A stretch of DNA of 45,614 nucleotides, taken from NCBI GenBank assembly GCA_016218805.1, contig JACRCW010000036.1, positions 1-45,614 of the forward strand, in the 5' to 3' direction. Under the pieces are notes generated by a model that saw only the letters and a list, made by a program, of their open reading frames with translations, was not told the origin of the DNA and made no database searches. Of the stretch, positions 39,966 through 45,614 are shown in pieces. Position 1 is the stretch's first letter, and each line of letters opens with the position of its first letter. The stretch comes from Deltaproteobacteria bacterium (GTDB taxonomy: Bacteria > Myxococcota > JACRCW01). The translations under genes were made by a program, and so were the position numbers.

Positions 39966-42900
39966 TCACTGCAGGAACGCGCGCTTTACGGCCTCCAACG
40001 GCGGGTTGGTGCCGGCGGAGGCGATGTAGCCTTCATTCACCGTCCAGATGATGGTCCCGCCAAAGCCGTTGTCCCTGACCCACTGACCTTTCGCGGCAAT
40101 GGACGCGTCGTCTTCGTAGGACACCCAGGTGCACTGCTGCGGTCCGTGGGGAGACGCGAACGACAGCGACCCGACGCTGGCCGCGCTGTCCCACGTGTAC
40201 GCGGCGGCGGAGTGGTAGTTGGCCAGGATGTTGGCGTACGTCATCACGTTGTCACTGGCGACGACACTGGCGGTGGCGGTGCTCTGCCGCGGACCGGTCA
40301 CCCCCCGCCAGCAGCTGCCGTAGAACCCAATGCCGATGCCCACCTTGGAGCGGGGCACGCCCGCCGACACGTACGCGTTGGCGCTGGAGGAGATGGAACT
40401 GGGAGCGGTGGCTGATTCGCCAGCCAGAGCGCCGGAATGCCATGATTGCCACCCGGGCCACGCGTCCGCCATCTGGTAACTCATGATGTTGATCTGGTCC
40501 ACGTAGGGCGCCAGCTGGGCAAACCACGCATCCGCGCCGAAGTTGGCGCTGACCCAATTCACCGGCACCGTGATGATTAGCGCGGGAGACGCCGCGCGCA
40601 GCGCCTGGGCCAGCGCCAGCAGCGCGGGCTGGTCCGCAACGGGAATCGGCTCCCAGTCCAGGTCCACGCCGTCAAACCCCAGGGCGTTCACCGTGGCCAG
40701 GATGTTGTCCACAAACGCCGCGCGGTGGGTGGCTGAAGTGGCGCCCTGCCACAGGGCGTGCGCGCCGGCGCCGCCGAGCATGAGGATGGCCTTGCGTCCC
40801 GCCAGGTGTGCGCGCGCGGTGAGGTCCAACGCCAAAGCCGGACCATTGACCGCGTCGATATAGAAACTCGTGTCAATGGTCCCGTCCGTCCTGGGGAGGG
40901 CCGCGCCAACGGCGAGGTGGGTGATGGCAGTGAAATCCACCGCGGCCGGCGGGTACATCAGGCTCTGGTAACCCACGTAGTAGCCGGTCACCCAAGGCGT
41001 GGTGGTGGCGGGTGCGGTGCTGACGGAAACTGTGGCGCTGGCGCTCCGCGTGGTGTCCGCCTGGCTGGTGACAACGACGTGGAAGACGCCCGCGGTGGCG
41101 GGGGCAGTATAGACGCCGGCGCTGGTGATGCTGCCGCCCGCGCTGCCTTCCTGCACCGTCCAGGTGACGGCCGTGTTGGTGGACCCGGTGACGGTGGCGG
41201 TGAACGCGCGGCTGGTGCCCGCGGTCAGGGACGCCGTGGCGGGCGTGAGGGACACGGCCACCGGCTGGGTGCCGCCGCCAATCACCACGGGGATGATTCC
41301 GGCCCAATCATCCGGCGTGTTCCCGGAGAACGTGACGCCGTCCAGCGTGAGGCGGCTGTCACTGAAGATCACCATGGCTCCGCCAGCGCCGGCGGCGGTG
41401 TTGGGTTGCGAGGTGGTGGCGTCCGTGGAATTACGCAGAAACGCGCCGCCCACCAGCGTGAGGATGCCGGTGCTGTGCTTGAGGTCCATGGCCCCGCCCT
41501 GGTCCGTGGCGTGGTTGTCCTGGAACACGTTGCCGGTCATTGTCCAGTTGCCGCTGACGCTGCCCAGCAGGATGGCTGCGCCCTTGCCCGTGGACCCGTT
41601 GTTGCGGAACAGGTTGTGGTTGATGTGGAGGTTGGGGCCGCTGTTGGAGTCAATGAACAGCGCACCGCGCGAGTCGTTGTACCAGGGGTCATTGGTGCCG
41701 CGCTTCACGGAGTACTCAAAGACGCAATGCTCCAGGTACTGGTGCCCGGTCAGGGCGCCGGCCGGCCCATTTGGATTCCAGATGCGCATGCCGTACCAGC
41801 CTGCGGTCCGGTCCCGTGCCGTGAAGACAATCGGCAAGGCCGCAGTGCCGCGCGCGTCCACCGCGCCGGTGACCGTCATCCGGAAGTGACCCTGGAACTC
41901 CACGGTGACGCCGGGCTCAATGGTCAGCGTGCTGCCGCCGGGCACGGTGATGTCGCCCAGGACGCGATACGGGGATCCCGCCAGCGTCCAGGTCTGCGTG
42001 GCCACCATCCCCGCGGACACCGCGGTGCCCGCACCGCTGGCGAGGCTGGAACTGCCCGGCGCGGCGGAGCTGCTGGTGGAGATGGAACTGCTTCCCGCCA
42101 CGGAGCTGCTCGCCGCGGCGGAACTGCTGGCCGGGTTGGCAGCGCTGGAGCTGCCGCCCGCGGGCGCATCCGCCACGTCAAATCCCACGTCGTCAAAGTA
42201 CAGCGTGGGCAGGCTCAGGCCCCGGCCCTCCTGCACGGCGATGGCGGTCAGCGTGCTTCCGGCAGGCGCCAGCGCGGCCAGCGGGATGTCACAGCGCGCC
42301 CACGCGTTGGGCGGAATGCTGCCACCCGTGCACGTTGGCCCCAGCGCCGTGCCCGCGGTCCACGCGTCATTCACCAGCGCGCGCACCAACAGGACGGCCC
42401 CACCGGCGCTGCCGCCGTTCACCTGCAGCGACAACGTGGCGTGGCCCGCCGTGGGGAAGCCGGCATGGAAGAACGCCAGTGCGGTCCAGGGCGCCATGGT
42501 GGCCGAAATGGAGTGATTGCCCGAGCTCACCGGGGATGCCTGGGCGAGGTCATGCGTGGCCCACGATCCGTCCGTCCACGGTTGTTCGACGGCGTCACGG
42601 TACAACCACGTTGGGCCAGGGACGACGGTGACGCCGCCGGACGACCCGGACGTTGCGGACGCGGACACCCCCGTGGAGGACGGCGCGGAGACGGCGGACG
42701 ACGAGGAGAACGAGGAGGAGAGGACCGGCGCGGCGGAGGAGGAGGGGGCCCAGGAGGACGAAGCAGGCAAAGATGACGACGTCATGGTTGGCGCGGGCGC
42801 CACGGCCCCGGAAAGCACCAGGGAGTCCACGTACAGCGTGGGCAGAACCCGTCCCGCACCCTCCTGGAGCTCAATCCCGTCCAGCGTGCCGCCGGTGGCG

Positions 42901-43400
42901 CCCAAGGCTGACAGTGGCACCCGACAGGTGGTCCACGCGCGCGCGGGAATGCGGCCGCCGTCGCAGTAGGGTCCCACCGCCACGGGCGGGCCCACCGCGC
43001 CGTTGCGGATGACATACGCATAGAGTGCCGGGTTGCTGGTGTTGCCTCCGTTTACCTGGAATTGGAGTGAGTGCAGGTTTCTGGTGGAAACACCGGATTT
43101 CAGGAACTGCAGGCCCGTCCACGGCCGGAACCGCACGGAAATGGATCGCGCGCCCGCCGCCACCGGATCCGTGTTGACCAGGCTGTGCGTGGCCCACGAG
43201 TAGTCCGCCCATCCGTCTACCAGCGTGTCGTCGTAGATGGTCACGTCACCCACCGACAGTGCGTCCGCGTTCTCGCCCCAGCCGAATGGATCCCGGAAGT
43301 CCAGATCGGCGAGCGGCCCCTGGCACGCCACCGCCACCAGGGCGGAGACGGCGGTGACCGCGAAACGGGAAGTGCGTTGCAGGGCGTGGAAGGTGGTCAT
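39966..43400 (-). CDS. Multidomain glycoside hydrolase family 18 (chitinase-like), probable lipoprotein
   Basis: Catalytic 'FDGVDLDWEP', 'NIMSY', 'WVSYED', 'GGTIIW'; two CBM-like repeats, Ser linkers, beta-helix-like segment and an Ig-like domain. Confidence 0.88.
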   Translation of the reverse strand: MTTFHALQRTSRFAVTAVSALVAVACQGPLADLDFRDPFGWGENADALSVGDVTIYDDTLVDGWADYSWATHSLVNTDPVAAGARSISVRFRPWTGLQFLKSGVSTRNLHSLQFQVNGGNTSNPALYAYVIRNGAVGPPVAVGPYCDGGRIPARAWTTCRVPLSALGATGGTLDGIELQEGAGRVLPTLYVDSLVLSGAVAPAPTMTSSSLPASSSWAPSSSAAPVLSSSFSSSSAVSAPSSTGVSASATSGSSGGVTVVPGPTWLYRDAVEQPWTDGSWATHDLAQASPVSSGNHSISATMAPWTALAFFHAGFPTAGHATLSLQVNGGSAGGAVLLVRALVNDAWTAGTALGPTCTGGSIPPNAWARCDIPLAALAPAGSTLTAIAVQEGRGLSLPTLYFDDVGFDVADAPAGGSSSAANPASSSAAASSSVAGSSSISTSSSAAPGSSSLASGAGTAVSAGMVATQTWTLAGSPYRVLGDITVPGGSTLTIEPGVTVEFQGHFRMTVTGAVDARGTAALPIVFTARDRTAGWYGMRIWNPNGPAGALTGHQYLEHCVFEYSVKRGTNDPWYNDSRGALFIDSNSGPNLHINHNLFRNNGSTGKGAAILLGSVSGNWTMTGNVFQDNHATDQGGAMDLKHSTGILTLVGGAFLRNSTDATTSQPNTAAGAGGAMVIFSDSRLTLDGVTFSGNTPDDWAGIIPVVIGGGTQPVAVSLTPATASLTAGTSRAFTATVTGSTNTAVTWTVQEGSAGGSITSAGVYTAPATAGVFHVVVTSQADTTRSASATVSVSTAPATTTPWVTGYYVGYQSLMYPPAAVDFTAITHLAVGAALPRTDGTIDTSFYIDAVNGPALALDLTARAHLAGRKAILMLGGAGAHALWQGATSATHRAAFVDNILATVNALGFDGVDLDWEPIPVADQPALLALAQALRAASPALIITVPVNWVSANFGADAWFAQLAPYVDQINIMSYQMADAWPGWQSWHSGALAGESATAPSSISSSANAYVSAGVPRSKVGIGIGFYGSCWRGVTGPRQSTATASVVASDNVMTYANILANYHSAAAYTWDSAASVGSLSFASPHGPQQCTWVSYEDDASIAAKGQWVRDNGFGGTIIWTVNEGYIASAGTNPPLEAVKRAFLQ

Positions 43401-44231
43401 GGCGTTTCCTTGTGCGTCCCCGTGGACGGGAGGCATGCAGCCGCCGCGCGGGGGGGGCTTGCTGGGGTTGCTTGTCTCAGCGGACCGGGCGCTCCGGCGT
43501 CACCCGGCAGGATGCGGCCTGCTCAGGATGAAGCGCGCGGGTCACACCTGGACCCACGGAGGGTCCCAAGGGGCTCACCCGTGAGACCTCCCGGGTCCGG
43601 GAGTGGTGCTGGTTGGGCCGTGGACGAACCAAACCGACGACGACAAAACGACTGCTGTCCAACACTGACCTCCAACGGGAAACCCCTCAGGGCTCACCGC
43701 CGGGCGTGAGATTGGGCACGCGAAAATCAGGACGCAATGTGGTTTCTTTGTCTTCATTCCGGGATATGCGCACCACCCACATGCGCGCGCACCGCGCCAT
43801 TCACGACGTCATTCCAGGATTCGCATCCGTCCGAATACCAGGCGGAGTGGGCGTCATGGACATTCCATGGGCGTCAATGTTGCGCGATCCCAGTTGATCG
43901 CAAGTTCCCAAATGACATCCAGGCTGACAGATGTGATAGTCGCGCCAGCCACTGGGGAGAGAACACGTGGGCGGGAGAAGCGACACGCGGGACGATGAGC
44001 ACGCACGCAGGACTCTTCCGTGGACGACAGCAAGGTGAGTTGAAGCAGGGACGGCGGCCAGCGCTGGAGGCCTGGGGACATCTTCCCGGCGCAGTTGCCC
44101 GGTAGCAGTCATTGACAACGTGGGGGCTTCCCGGGGGGCCGGGGGCGATAGGTCCGGCGTTGGTGGAGCCTGCACCCGCAGGTTCGCCACGCGTGCGGAC
44201 CACGTCCGGTCACGGACAGGAGGTTGGGCAG

Positions 44232-44456
44232 ATGATTCCCCCCAAAGCGGACGAGCGGTGGTCCAGGCTGGTGCGCGGAGACATGCGGCATCAGTTCCGG
44301 AGCGTTCCGGCGGGCCTGATGGTGTCACGGCTGAACCGGAGCCTTGCGGAAGCCGGCGGCCACAGCTCCATGGAGCAGTGCGTGGACCAGCTTTACGAGT
44401 TCTTCCAGAAATACGAGCGGCTGTTGAAGGACGACATCACCGTTATCTTCCGCTAG
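44232..44456 (+). CDS. Small hypothetical protein (74 aa), co-transcribed with the downstream gene
   Basis: CAGGAGG RBS; 'MIPPKADERWSRLVRG...LYEFFQKYE'. Confidence 0.7.
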   Translation: MIPPKADERWSRLVRGDMRHQFRSVPAGLMVSRLNRSLAEAGGHSSMEQCVDQLYEFFQKYERLLKDDITVIFR

Positions 44457-44467
44457 GAGGTCACAAC

Positions 44468-45454
44468 GTGCTGACGGACATTGCGGCTGCCGAGGCAGCG
44501 ATCAAGACGGGCAAGTTCCTGTTCCTGGCGGGCGACGAGAGGGTGCTGTCGCGCTTGCCCAGGGGCAACTGGATTGGCGGGACCATTCCCTACTTCATGG
44601 GTCAGGACGGCGGCGTGACCGCGCGTGACCGCGTGTTTGTCCATGAGGCGCCGGCGGGCACCCAGGGGGCGAAGATTGCGGTCTACGACGAGGCGCACCT
44701 GTCCTCCATCCCGCGCGATGCACCGGAGAACGGTTTCTCCGTGATCATCATCCCTGCCACCAGCCGGGTTCACGTTTCCTACGCGCGCAACGCGCCCGGT
44801 TATGACGGGATCTTCCTCAAGCCGATCATCGGGTGGATTGCCGGCGTGCACCTGGATGACCTGGGCCAGGTGCACCCCAAGGTGTTTGACGGGTCCACCG
44901 GTGCGGCGCATCCGGACCGCGCGGTGGTCATGCACGTGACGCTGCCGGCCCACCAGCAGGCCTCCATTGGGATGGTGAACCTGTTCAAGCAGGGGCAGGG
45001 GGACGAGCTGGCGTTCACGGAGGAGGGCTTCCTGGTGCGCGACTGCCTGGTCAACGGCACACAGGTGAACTTTGCGAAGTACCTCCGGTCGCTTGGCGTG
45101 GACACGCGGCTGCCGCTGGTGGCGGACTACAGCGGCACGCGCGTCAACGTGAGTTTCCAGTCCGTCAACGACAAGGAAGGGACCGTGGCGCTGTATGCAC
45201 CGGTGTTCACCGGCGTCACCTACCGTGTTGCCGAGCCGGTGAAGGACTACGTCCGCGAGTTCACCGCGCTGCTGCCGACCGGCCTGGCGACGTTGTCATT
45301 CTCCTGCAACTGCATCCTCAACTTCCTGTATTCGGAGCTGGAGGGGAAGAAGACGGGCGCAATCACCGGCCCGATCACGTTTGGCGAGATTGCCTATCAG
45401 CTGCTGAACCAGACCATGACGTACCTGGAAATCCACGACGTAGAACCCACGTAG
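44468..45454 (+). CDS. FIST-like (DUF6976-type) protein
   Basis: AGGAGG RBS then GTG; 'LAGDE..L..LPRGNWIGGTIPYFM'; C-terminal 'FSCNCILN...GPITFGEIAY.LLNQT' parallels the FIST_C motif. Confidence 0.75.
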   Translation: MLTDIAAAEAAIKTGKFLFLAGDERVLSRLPRGNWIGGTIPYFMGQDGGVTARDRVFVHEAPAGTQGAKIAVYDEAHLSSIPRDAPENGFSVIIIPATSRVHVSYARNAPGYDGIFLKPIIGWIAGVHLDDLGQVHPKVFDGSTGAAHPDRAVVMHVTLPAHQQASIGMVNLFKQGQGDELAFTEEGFLVRDCLVNGTQVNFAKYLRSLGVDTRLPLVADYSGTRVNVSFQSVNDKEGTVALYAPVFTGVTYRVAEPVKDYVREFTALLPTGLATLSFSCNCILNFLYSELEGKKTGAITGPITFGEIAYQLLNQTMTYLEIHDVEPT

Positions 45455-45489
45455 CCCGGCTTGCGACAAAAGGCGTTGATTCGCGCACG

Positions 45490-45614
45490 GACCAGGCACC
45501 CATTGGGCCCCGGGCTCGGCAGGAGCCTCGCCCTCCCGACGGTGTCGTCGTCGATGGAGCCCCACGGGAGGACCAGGCACCCATTGGGCCCCGGGCTCGG
45601 CAGGAGCCTCGCCC
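45490..45614. repeat. 81-bp tandem unit containing the same REP as 28632; second copy runs off the window
   Basis: GACCAGGCACCCATTGGGCCCCGGGCTCGGCAGGAGCCTCGCCC at 45490 and 45571. Confidence 0.85.

Noticed and set aside
43440..44230. Riboswitch or ncRNA in the ~800-bp divergent intergenic region
   Set aside because: I could not match c-di-GMP, c-di-AMP or cobalamin consensus elements by eye, and the short ORFs lack coding character. An Rfam search is needed.

Overview
High-GC (~70% by eye) bacterial DNA. The abundant Cys-rich, Ser-linker lipoproteins suggest Myxococcota/deltaproteobacteria (inference). Two systems stand out. (1) A ~13 kb nitric-oxide island (6956-19860). It has a B-family-like heme-copper enzyme whose cross-link Tyr is replaced by Gln (GHQSQQ, eNOR-type NO reductase), a CuA subunit II, a small subunit, SCO, a cytochrome b/2x[4Fe-4S]/FlpD fusion, a lipoprotein cytochrome c and a COX1-fold paralog lacking the CuB His pair. 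This operon is divergent from an Rrf2 regulator with two palindromic operators. Next to it, NorR has three GT-N7-AC boxes and is flanked by a DUF2249/DUF59 operon and a sigma54-preceded ric (ytfE) gene. (2) A lipid-anchored, collagen-stalked OmcA/MtrC-like decaheme cytochrome (32449-35616) with hemes ordered 3+5+2, i.e. apparently circularly permuted, followed by a PPIase gene. The rest encodes modular surface lipoproteins, a multidomain GH18 enzyme, an SPFH/Zn-ribbon pair, a Sel1-redoxin fusion, a FIST-like protein and REP-type repeats, with a probable IS end truncating a gene at the left edge. All calls come from reading motifs; no database searches were run.
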